From: Tubiluchus corallicola
Taxonomy: Eukaryota > Animalia > Priapulida
Direction: 5' to 3'
Assembly (NCBI GenBank): GCA_030141605.1
Contig: JAQGDQ010000030.1
Coordinates: 124,001-188,000, forward strand
Length of the DNA: 64,000 bases
The stretch's first letter is position 1. The number at the start of each line of letters is the position of its first letter. The notes under the pieces were generated by a model. The model ran no database searches. It had not been told where the DNA came from and saw only the letters and a program-made list of their open reading frames with translations. The position numbers were made by a program, and so were the translations under genes. Shown here one piece after another: positions 13,501 to 24,965 of the stretch.

Positions 13501-16411
13501 CTTGCGCTACACAGATTTTCCAGCGCTGTTTGAATTTACATAATAACTACCATTGTCATCTTCTTTAAGTTTCACTTTGGAAGCCAATGCCAACTGTTTA
13601 ACAACGTATAACAACGAAGGATATTTAGGTAGCATATTTAGTAAGAACAGCTGAATACTGATACTTTGGTGACCCTATTGTGTACATTTTTACTTTGCGT
13701 TTTTAAAATTGAAGCGCAGCTGTGTGGTCTCTTTCTGTTCTCATTATTGTGAGAATAATGAAGAACTTCTCAACAAATTGTTTTCGAGTGAACTATGTCT
13801 ATCAATCACAGACTTGAGTTTGCTGTTAATACACTCAATTCTGTTGTTGGTAGTATTTAGAAAGTTGGCAGTATTAAACTTCATCCCCACGATCCATTCA
13901 GCTTTGATTGGATCCCAGTTTGACTGGAAGTAATCCCAAACAGGCCGGGGAGCTAGTTCCTGTAAATGATCTTTCAATGAATTGTATTTGGCAGAAGTTG
14001 TTGCATACGCAAGTTTCTGAAAAGCTTCTAAGCATGCAGTTCTCTGCCCTGGCGTAAATCCCATTTTTTCGCAAGTCACTTCTCTTTGAAATGATCGCAA
14101 CGTATGGAACAGGCATATTAAAACTGATGCGCCAGGCAAACACTGTTTTAAGACATCGCGTTCTTTAATGCCCTTATCGGCTATCACAATCCGGGTCTGA
14201 GACCACTCTTTGTTGTAAACTTTGAAGGATTGTATCATCCAATGTATACTGTCACCATCTTCACAAACAAGCAAACATACTGCAACAATTTCACTCTGAC
14301 CATTGGACTCTTCACAGAGCACAAAGAAAGCTGGTAGTCTCAATTCTAGCAATTTGTACGTTACATCAATACAAATGAATTCGGAGTATGCTTTAAACGT
14401 TTCTTGCATCATCTTGCCTTGAAAAGAAAGCCCACGAAATGAATCAGAGATTTCCACAAAGATTTCCACAGAAGCACCTGGAGATAACAAACAGTTGTAG
14501 TCAAACTACATAACGATCCTATGCCACTGTTTAGAATAAAATTTAAATCACAATACAGTATCTCATTACATTTGCGATAGCTGAAAATGTATGAATGCAG
14601 TATCACGGGATTAATAAAGACACACAAAAAAGCAGTCAGACGATGCATCACTAAAACTTACCATATTTGTCTTTTAAACAGCTGTACTGTTGACTCCAAA
14701 TCATTCCTGGAATTGCCAGATTTGTTCGTTGGTGCAATGTTTCCCAAGTGCTTCAACAAAACAATTTTTCCAGTTTTAGCACTCACCGACTGCTGAACTG
14801 CTGAACAAGCTTATTGTTGGCTTTCATGTTAAGAAGCTCTGCAACCTTCACTTTATCTGCAACATCTAGTTTTTGGACTGCTGGCAAGTGATTATATAGC
14901 TCCTAAAAATAGAATAGCTAATATGAGAGCATGCTTAGATCAATAACGATATTAATGTTCACTGTCCCAAGACATTTTATTCTAATTTGTACTACAGTTA
15001 AAAATGCAGCTGATTAACGTAAATTTGTCAAAAATCAATAATCTAAAAGGCAAAAATGAAGCTAACCAGGGGAGAGTCAAAAACTGCAACGACAGCGACC
15101 AAATAATTAATTAAAAGCAACTGTTAAACATGTTATATAATTAAAATTAACTATAAAAATTATTATATACATATATAAAACATATATATATATTCACAAT
15201 TATATGTATTCATCATTGCCAAGTAACATGGTGTTGGTAGAAGTTGTACGTCTGGAGTCATTTACCTTGGTATTTTCATGGTTGTGCACGTTGATAAACT
15301 TTTTTACAATCAAGAACTTGCCATCAACCCTCAAAGTTAAACGCCATGGAAAATCCTTTTGAAATGTGCTAAATATAAGGTATCACTGTTAATTCAAAAA
15401 CTAGAAAAGATTTACAATTCGGTTTACTATTGTAAACAAATCTTCAGTCACATGAAAAACAAACAAAGACAAAAAACACAGCTAATACATTAGCTAGTAT
15501 ACTTCAAAATTAACAGAGCAGAACACAATCACTAATTCAGTACAATATCCACAGCACAGAAAAACACAAGCAAGCCTACGGGCTGTACGTTATTCTAAGC
15601 GTTCACTGTCTTTAAACAGTTTCTAGTAACTATATAATTCGATAATGCATCTCAAGCAACAAAGTAGTAAAAAGGCAAGACTAGCTTGCAATATATGTAT
15701 AAACTATAATGTATTACTCAAACAAGTTGGACAGATATTTAGATATGAAATATGTGGTTGCTCGATTAATCTCTACCACTCTTAATAATATTTTAAGAAT
15801 GGTGGACCTGATGGTATGGTATGGTAATAATGTATAACTCTCAATTAGCATACAGTTTTGATGTTCATTAATTTTAAGTAAGGGTGCTACTTACGAAGTA
15901 AATCTTTTTCCAGTGCTTCTGGACTTGAAACGTTTACCACCATGAATGCAGGCATAAGTCACTTCGTAATATCGTAAAACAGATGGTACGTCCTTCTGGA
16001 AACATTTTGCCGCTGCTTCCACAGTCCTACTTTTCTCTGCGATACATTTTGAAATAATTTTCCTTCTCAAATTCAGACACAGCTGACTGCAGTTCCTCAA
16101 AATGCCCAAACTTAGACCCAATGAAAAATTTGTCGATACAAGCGCTCTCTGTCATTTTGTTTTTCCCGTTCCTTTTAAATGCACGAACAGTTTTTTTATT
16201 GCACGGCCACTTTGAACAAAGGTAAAAATGGCCGTTACGTTGACGGCCACCTGGTCAAACACAGTATGTCGTAAAAATTGTCAAAATCCGTATGTTTTGT
16301 GATCGTCACAAAAAGCACGAATCCGTATTTGTTGCAAAAATAGCTACGAATACGCATCCGTATTCGGTATCGCAGAAAAGACGAGTACGGACCGCACCTC
16401 TAGCCACTGCC
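10586..16411 (-). mobile_element. Mutator-like (MULE) DNA transposon, full length, 5.8 kb
   Basis: TIRs GGCAGTGACTAGAGGTACGG / CCGCACCTCTAGCCACTGCC. 9-bp TSD ACATAATAA (10577-10585) / ATATAATAA (16412-16420). Subterminal AAATACGGAT repeats; internal transposase remnant. Confidence 0.92.
12170..16155 (-). pseudogene. ZSWIM3-like MULE transposase pseudogene (4 exons: 16155-15895, 15368-15266, 14902-14662, 14477-~12170)
   Basis: N-terminal YACIHGG...HNH zinc domain; DDE core CIDVTY / IADKG / CLFH / NTTNNRIE (ORF 13744-14490); SWIM CEC...LPC*H near 13450-13495; PHD-like CNCC...WYHLKC...WFC near 12190-12310. Several frameshifts and stops. Confidence 0.9.
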
Positions 16412-16949
16412 ATATAATAAATTGGCCATGTCGCTAAATAAACAGCATATTTATTTAACTTTAATACGAAAACAACGTTATTAATTTGGCCTTCACTTAC
16501 AGATATTATAGTTCTACAAACTAGTATTGGGATGAGCCAGGTGGCCCAAGACTCAACTACATACTGCTCTTTTGTTTTTTCCTTTAAATTACTTAGTTTT
16601 AGAATCACTATTAGTATAGTTTATTTATTTACTATATTATGACAACTGATTCACTAACTTACTCAAGTTAACTAGCTAGTGACAGTGATATAGTACTAGT
16701 TGGTAATCCAAGCTACAAAACTTATAATAATTAATATAGTACTAGCGGACTAAATTGATTATGACTATAATAAGGTACCGTAATAGTATAATAACATGAT
16801 AGCATAGTAGCTTAAATTATTACGAATATCACTAAACTGCGAGTTCACAAATACAAAAAGTAAATTCGAGGTTATACCTTACAATAATTAGTATAAAAGT
16901 ACTGAAAAAGGTAATCGCACCCACTTAAAGACTTCGTAAATGTCATGCT

Positions 16950-17470
16950 TGTTCGGCTTGTCGGAAAATCTCATATACCGGAAACGGAAAAAAGTTTACA
17001 CTCTAGGTGCGATTCTCTTTCAACTGAAAAACTAAAAAAAATAGAGAAAACAGTTATTAATTTAGTTAAGCAAACTCACAACATTTTCCAAAATATAACC
17101 AACTTTTTCTTATATCTTATATCAAATTTAGAAAATGTGTACGCAAACAACAATATGATTGTTCTCGCAAGAAGATAGTACCACCGATTCGCGTTTGTGC
17201 ACAAGTGGTATGGCGTTGTTCGGTCGCTAGTTAAGTTTAGGTTTGGTGAAGTTTAATTTTAGGTGGTTTTCGGAAAGTTTTACCATAGTTCACAGTCAAA
17301 GGTAAATTTGACAGTTCCATTGCATTTGGGAAACATGGTGCGTTATTTTAGTTTTTACAGTCGTTTATTATATTTTTCCTGTGTTGTTTTTAAACGTATC
17401 TTAGAAATTTGCATTTGTTAATATTTACAGGCAGCTGCTTTCATGCTGGATGATTTGTACAGCCCTGTAG
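16950..17470. promoter_or_regulatory. Possible promoter and 5'UTR exon region of the PDZ gene, perhaps divergent
   Basis: CpG-richer patch. Plus-strand exon-like segments ~17262-17301 (tttag|...aaag|gtaaat) and ~17431-17470. Minus-strand ATG at 16946 followed by donor-like sites. Confidence 0.25.
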
Positions 17471-18692
17471 GTTATATCGAATTCTCCATACTGTAATTAA
17501 AAGAACTTGCTGGTAGATTAGACAGATTATTTTTTCATTGTAACATTAAAAGCGAGGGAAAAATGACTGGCAGTGTGTGCTTAGGCACCAAAGTAAAGCA
17601 GTGGCAAGCCGGAGCAATAAATTGACGCGTGATGGGAAAACAGCTGCTGGTGGGTTTCTTTCACTGTACTGCTCTGGCAATTTACCTCTTTGGAGAGAAT
17701 GTATATGTATCCGAACACGGCTAAAAAATCTACTTTGGTCCTGTGTCTCATTTCACAAGATATCAACGGTAATAAGCGAGATCCCAGTCCCACCAAAACT
17801 GTCTTCATCAAGTATAAACATTATGCCTTGCTGTTGACTGTCTGGCTTCTGATTGTGGAGTGCCAAATTGCATGAAAAATGCAGAAAAAATTTTGAAGAA
17901 AACAACATCATTGTAAAATGCCAATCGAATGAAACTTTGAGCATCTTAAGTCATTAGTCCACGCTCATGCGTATAGAATTAAATAATATACTCATGCCTA
18001 AAAGATAAAATTTGTATATCTATAAAAGCAATGTGACATATCTTTCTCAAAGTGGAAAGATTAAAGAGCGGTAAAAGTTGGGCTCATATCAAAAATCTTT
18101 AGTGATCAATTTAGTGGTGAAACGTAATTTTAGTGCTTAAATGTAAAATTCCTCCATGATGGTAGTCTTCATTATCTTCACCTCTTTAGGTCTGAAGTGG
18201 CCTGGTCTGTTCCTAAAACTTTGTCATTAAGTATTGAAAACCCTCCCAGCCTGCAGTGCATTGCTGTCTAGGAAATTTTGTCCCCCTTTCACTTTATTAG
18301 CCCCAAGGGTTCATACATGGGTCGTTGAAGTTGCTGTGGCTAATACAGGAGATAAAAGTCTTCATAAGAAATATTTACAACTCATAATAAATTTTATTGC
18401 TGCAATTAGGCTGAAGACAAAAATCACTGCACTGTACAGTATTACAAATTGTGGAACTTTATTTATTGGCAAATTTTTAACCCGTTATAAAAATCACCTT
18501 TCAGTCTTGCAGAAGCTACTGAAAACCAGAACTGTAACTATGAGTTTTCGAGCTACTATCGCTAACAAAATTTTTTTTGTCTTTTAAAATATTATCTTGC
18601 AAACCAAATTTTGTTTGAATTTCCAGGGTGTCTATGTCTGAGTCTATTCATTTGTGTAGAGTGACTGCACTGGGATAACTTGTATAGCAAAC

Positions 18693-18785
18693 ATGTCGGA
18701 TGTGATCATTCTGGAAGGGGGAACTCCATGGGGATTCCGCCTGCAGGGTGGCGCTGACTACAATCAGCCAATTACCATTTCCAAA
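18693..18785 (+). CDS. PDZ protein (PDLIM/Zasp/SYNPO2-type), coding exon 1: MSDVIILEGGTPWGFRLQGGADYNQPITISK
   Basis: Diagnostic PWGFRLQGG motif; donor AAA|gtaagt, phase 0; upstream acceptor ttccag ending at 18626. Confidence 0.95.
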
Positions 18786-20734
18786 GTAAGTCCTGTTTTT
18801 TACATGACGACTTTTAATGGTTATAAGGCTCACTTTTTATGATGGTAAGGAAAAATGATTAATTATTAACTTAATTGATTTACAGATTATTAATGATTAA
18901 TTTGAAGAATTATTAATTATCAAATGTTATAACAAAAGCCAAAGTATGCCATACATTGCCTTCAGTAACATTATTGTAAACTGTTATTTACTGCAGATCA
19001 TTAGTGTAATAGCCTAAAGGTTGCTAAAACACAAAAAAATAAAAAATTCTTTGGGGCCTGTGTTCCATAAAAATTGAATCATTTGAAATAACTTGCTTGT
19101 ACTACGTAAGTTCCAGACTGAAATTTATTCTTCTGCTAACATATAATCTGCTATTTACCGAATTACGGATTTACCCTGTGATGGTTCACAATGACATTAG
19201 CAGCCTGTCAAGGGCAAATTTCACATAAACTACTTGAATAGCAGCAAGATTCCATTTACTAAATGACTTGTTTGTGTTCTTGCTAGTCTTTGCCTGCTCT
19301 ATTCTTGACAGATGTTGTAGTTTTACTGGGTGACTAATTCTTGATCTGTATCCGTCAAGAGCTGAATGAGGCTGAATAGGTGATTATATCTTGGTTGCTT
19401 TTTTGCCTGCATTTGCTATAGGTTAATACAATGCAGTAGATATAATCTGATTATCTTTAATCTTAACGCGCTCTCTCTGTAACACAAAATTCTGAAAAAA
19501 GTGAAATTTTCTTCTGGCTATAAGGAATTTTGACTTATTTTGCACTGTTGTCACTTTGTTGTGAGGTGTGTTTAAAATGTGCTAGTTACCAGCTGAGCTA
19601 AGTGACCTAGATATCTAAACTTTTGGAAAAATACCAAGTGTGGCACAAATTTAGGAGTCAGGAATTCGTTGCCTTGGGGCAAATTGCTTAAATCCAGTTA
19701 GCTGACAGTTGTAGCAAAAAAAAAGAAAAGTTCTGCATGTTGAAGTTGAGGTTGAGGGAACAATACTGCTCGATGTACAGTGGAGTGCTGCAAGTCCAGA
19801 CTCGGGGCATACGGAGTCCAATTTGGATGTATAGAATGGATAAGTCAACTGTGTACACTGCCAAAAAGTTCATGATGAATTTGTGTTTAAATTGAAAATT
19901 AAAACTGGGATTCATTATCTGTTGTGATTATTTTCTGATAGCAGAGACACAGAGACTGGGATCTGCTTTACACTGTAGAAGGATGTAGGGCTGAGTCCAA
20001 ATCATTTGTGTCATTTGTCAGTTGTAAACTCTAGACGATCCAAGGCCGGAAGTCGGTATGAGCTAGATTTGCCACTGTAAATCACATGTGAGAATCTTAC
20101 TACTCGAATTAGAACTGACTGCAAGTTTTTTTAAATATTTGAAGTAACTTTCTTCCCTTTTCCACTTCCATTTCCTGTGGTCTTGTCCAACTTTTATTAA
20201 TTGTGGTGATATGCAAAACCTTTAAAAAATTTTGAACAAACACGTTTCTTGGAGATCAGCAGGATACATGTGTCTCTGTTCGTGAAATTTCTCAGTTGAC
20301 CCCCGTAGCTGGTTTGCCTCTAGATCATTTTGCTTCCTACTAAGAATTTTTAATCTCGCCTAGGTACTCCGTACTCTGAATTTAAACATGTTTAGATTTA
20401 TATAGCTTTATTTCTCGTTATGCATTTTTGCATTTTTTAAAATAAGAAATTAGGTATCAGTGTGCAAACAGGGTTGCTGTATTGTTAAAAAACCAGTTGA
20501 ATGTCTATTTATTCCACTCTAAATAATATTGAATTTCAGCTTTGCAGATCACGTGTACGTATTCACAGGCTTGAGCATTGCTAAAAGCGTATGGAACTAA
20601 AGGAGTCTAGACTATAATAACCATAGCATACTGCTGAACCTGGTTAGGAATTACTGAGAAGAAAAAACATTGTTATAGTTGGAGCTTTTCTAAGGCAGCA
20701 AGATTGGAAATCTGTTTCTCTGTCTCTTATGCAT

Positions 20735-21179
20735 TTCGGCATTCACTAGATAGACAGGTACTAGTGCCTGCCTTTTGGAAACGCATTGCGCAAAAAACAG
20801 GGTTGTACCTCTCAGTTCAGATGTGTTAGTCTGTGACGAACTGTACACGTTCAACAACAGCTCATTGGTGAGCACAGTGGTAAATTTGAAATTTGAATTT
20901 TTATATTAAAACTTGCCTTGTTTTAGTACAACACACTGAATATCTTACAGTAGCACTGTACTTCAATTTTGCTTTGGCAAACATGTACAACACTTTCATG
21001 GAACATGTTTGCTGTTAAAAATTATGTAAGTTTGTGATGTTACCTGCCGTTAATTAAGTTTTTAATCTATAATTTAATTATCAGAAACATTTTTGCAGTA
21101 TTAAATGTGTTAAAATGTGTACTTTTTATCGGATTTGAAAATGGGGTAGTATATGAAAAATCATTCTGTCTTCCTTTAA
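20735..21179. mobile_element. Kolobok-like MITE, partial copy
   Basis: Shares GTTTTAGTACAACACACTGAATATCTTACAG...TCTTCCTTTAA with 1-291. Confidence 0.65.
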
Positions 21180-22879
21180 TATAGACCCCGTGAGTTATAC
21201 TTGATTAATTAAAAATCTAGCTGATATAGTTTAGCAGAAAGTTAGTATGTGGTCTGCCCTCATTTGGTGCATCAGTCCTAAGATTTACTGTCCACTGCTG
21301 CTAGCCGCCTCAATGGCTTCCTGATGACGTATACTGTGCTTGCCGAATCGCCTGGCTTCTCAAGTTACTTAACATCAAACTTTTCCTGCAGTGGTGGACG
21401 CAGGGGGGTCATTAACCTACCACTTCTTCATCGAAGTAATGCTGCGCCAGTCAGCATTAACATACAAAATCTGCTCTTTGTTTTCAGTAGCTTTTTATTT
21501 CCTGCGCAGTGTCATCAGTTAGGGTGACTGGGTTATCTGAGGAATTTACTACACAGTTTCGAGTAGCGTTTCTGGTCAGAGGTTCAGTCTAGATGCGTTG
21601 TTTTTGCAGGCTTCTTGCTGTACGCTTGTTGTTTACACGAAAGTCTTGTGTCAGGTGTAGTGATGTAAAACGTAGGGGGTGCGCTGCACAATTGTAAATT
21701 CATATTTTCATTCTGTTCCAGCCTCCAGCTAATCGTTCGGATTGCAAGATTTTAAAGAAAGAATTATTGACATTATTTTTAAATGTATATCATTTAACAC
21801 GGGGTTTGGGAATACTGCTGAAATAGTAAATTAAATTTTGAATAAATAAGTGAGGGAGTTAATGTATGTTAATGGACGATGGGTTGATCGTTGCACGATT
21901 CTAAGGCAATAAATGGTTAAGTGAAAATAATAATACAGGAATAAAAGCATTTATTTTAGTTTAAACTAGCACAGAAATCATAATGGTCACAATTATGGTA
22001 TAACTTTGCATTCATCTTCCAATGTGTTTTAGGATTCTGCACCTTCAACCGACTACGTAATTAACAGCCCATTTGTATTATTTGACTTCTTGAGCGCATA
22101 ACCTTCATGTCTTAAATCACGTATAATGCCAACTGAATTGTGCATTTGAACTGTTTTAACTTTTAAGCTTTGGTTTCACTTTTTACTAGTGCAGCTCTAG
22201 TTCTAACACTTTCTCTTGCATGTATCAGGAAAATGGTGTTGTAAAAGATAGTCATAATTTTTATTTTTGTCTATTTTTGTCTACTTTGTCCAACTAAGAA
22301 ACACTGAACAAACAGAGACCAAGATGAGTATGGAGTTAAACGCAAGACAAAGTTTGCCCGTTGATGTACTTTTCAACGTTATCTGAAAGCCAGTATGAGC
22401 AATCTTCTAAGTTTTCACAAATGTCAAACATAATAAATCTTCATTTGGGTTATACTGTTGTAGGTAGTCCAGAACGTAAAAACTATACAGCAAGCGAGAA
22501 TAACAAACTGAAGAAGAATTTCTGTTTCTGTACTTCTAGTATATGACTAATATATGCACGATGTGCAGTACTTGCTAAGGCTTCAGTAATTTAACAGAAT
22601 TCTTGTGTGCAGTTATTAACTCTTGATCATGGTGCAAGATCATAAATTGGGCACCTTATACACGTGGCTTCGTCCATATTTTTAACAGTAACATATTTTA
22701 AGCATATACAAGCGAACGGCTTCAGTCTCTAAAATGTTTACCAGATGCTGACTATACAGTGTGTGCCTAGGCTTCACGTGGGTGCTTAATGTCAGATGAA
22801 CTTCTGCTTGCTTGGTATCATACACTAGAGGAGCAAAAAGTGATGGATGACGTTACCAACTGCCGAAAATTTTCGCCTA

Positions 22880-23500
22880 ATTTGCAATAGGTATATGCGC
22901 TTTATTAATGTAGGAATTGAGTGCAGCATGTGCCACAAGAGGGCACTGTACTTGGTTTGAGAAATAAGGTAAAGAAATAAGAGTTTTACAAGGAAACTAG
23001 TGTTTTTTGTAAGATATCTTCTGCAAGAGGGCATTTAGGATTTGTTTTTCTACATATCGTCCCAAACAAGCTCAAAGGCCAGTCAAGGTAAGGAGCTGCA
23101 CTAGAAGAAAGCAAAGATATGAATACGTGTCTAAACAAGTGATAATTAATTTGCTAGTGATACTAAGGTGTCGTAGCCCGTTCTTCTTGACTTAAGCGAG
23201 GCCATAGTTTTGCAGGAAATGACTTTCTGGCACAAAACTCCACTAATAACAAGCTGGAGGGAAATGGACGCATGTGCAGCTGTTCTACATTTGGGAATGT
23301 CCATGTTAAGTTTATGAGAAGCAGCAGAAGAGACTAGAAACAAACTGTTGACGTTTATGAAAAGGGACGACAAGTCCTGGGAACACCTTTCATAGAAGTA
23401 GTGATAAAAGAGGAAAGGACCTCTGGCACTAGAAAAATCTCCTGGAAAGCGTCAAGAATAACTGGAGCGAGCTAGCAGGTGATACCTATCTTCAGAAAAT
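22880..23500 (+). mobile_element. Heavily decayed LTR retrotransposon (Ty3/Gypsy-like) gag-protease remnant
   Basis: ECSMCHKR zinc-knuckle-like segment at ~22920 followed by (D>I)TGAS protease-like motif at ~23460; no intact ORF. Confidence 0.4.
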
Positions 23501-23773
23501 GGTGAACGTTCGGCTCATTTCGTCCATTATGGACTAATATTTGAAGGCCTAAGTGCTACCATTGGTACAGTGTTTATTTTCGTTTGTTTGGTATAAACAG
23601 TGTATAGTAATTGCTGCTCATTATTTACTGCTTGGTTATAAGTACCCAGCAGTGCTTCATGCTGTTTTAGCTTCGAATTGCCCTAGCTCTGCCACCAGAC
23701 TTAATTCCAGATGACTGGTACAAAGGCTTGTTCATATATTATACCTATAGGGTTAACGTTGGCAGTTTAGTGT

Positions 23774-24531
23774 TATACAATAATGTGCCTTTTGAGTTTG
23801 CTGTCTATGCCTTAGAAAAATAATTTTTTAATTGTTGAGTAAGTGATAGTTTTAAGAAAATATTTTGAAAGTAAACTAGTTTCTAAAATTGTATTTTTCG
23901 AAAAATTTTAGTGTCGCAGGCTGTGTGATATGATTTTGATAAATATAACATAGTAGTTCTAGAGTGGGTCATCCTAGAGGCTTAGCCTTGACGATTTAGG
24001 TCCAGACCATCCAATTTGAGTGGGACCTGTGGTTGATTCCTTGATAATTGATTCCGGTTTACAGCATATATAAAAAGAAATTTAGTGGGTTCGCACATTT
24101 ATAAAGGATCAATTCTCACTAAAGTTGCCACTACCCAACAGTAGCTCCGCCCACATTTCTTAATGTTTGGAAATTATCAGGCGCATTAGAATTATTGAAG
24201 TTTTACACATTTACCACGTGGTGAAAGGTCAAAAGTTCTCCTAAAATATTCGGGCAATTTCGCCGCTGTGTTGATGGTTGTTTAGCGGGCGTAGTACACT
24301 ATTTAGTTGCTGAACTTAGTAGAGCATGATTGAAACCATTTGCCTAGGGCTGACTGTATATACATGAAAATAGGCCAAGTTATATAAATATGTTTTTATA
24401 TACAATAATGTGCCTTTTGAGTTTGCTGTCTAGCTTAGAAAAATAATTTTTTAATTGTTGAGTAAATGATAGTTTTAAGAAAATATTTTGAAAGTAAACT
24501 AGTTTCTAAAATTGTACTTTCCAAAAATTTT
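23774..24531. repeat. Pair of ~135-bp direct repeats (23774-23909, 24399-24531)
   Basis: TATACAATAATGTGCCTTTTGAGTTTGCTGTCTA...GTAAACTAGTTTCTAAAATTGTA is present twice with few differences. Confidence 0.9.
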
Positions 24532-24894
24532 TACTGCACTTTTTTTCAAGTTTTGTAATTATTTTGTTTTTGTCGGTTTACGACAACAAAGTTTATTTAA
24601 TGAAATGTGATTTTTATGCTTTCCATGCTGACAATAAACCTATACCAGTACAAGGGTACGCTCACGTCGAGTTATGGCAGTAATCCGTCGAAGCCAGTAG
24701 GTTAAACTAGTTGCTAAACTTACGAAGTGGAAGTACAATGTTAACTTTGAGCTATTTTGTAGTGATCGGTAAAATAAAATGCAAACAATCTGTGTTATTA
24801 CTAATATCCAGAAAATTTTAATGGAATCCGAAAGAAATTTTACACAACTGTGAACGTTTTCATTGTGCACTGTTAATACTAAAATTTTTCAAGT

Positions 24895-24965
24895 TTCTAG
24901 CATGACCCGGTCAGGAGTTGAACTGGCGACCTACCGGGTGGGAAGCGAACACACTATCGTAAAGC
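24895..24965. mobile_element. SINE/LINE-tail fragment with a reversed tRNA-like box
   Basis: ATGACCCGGTCAGGAGTTGAACTGGCGACCTACCGG...GCGAACACACTA resembles the GGxxTxGAACC...GACCT motif of invertebrate SINE tails. Confidence 0.45.

Noticed and set aside
21300-21530. Possible retroviral-type protease remnant on the minus strand (xTGAA)
   Set aside because: A single degenerate motif without the catalytic Asp or other support.
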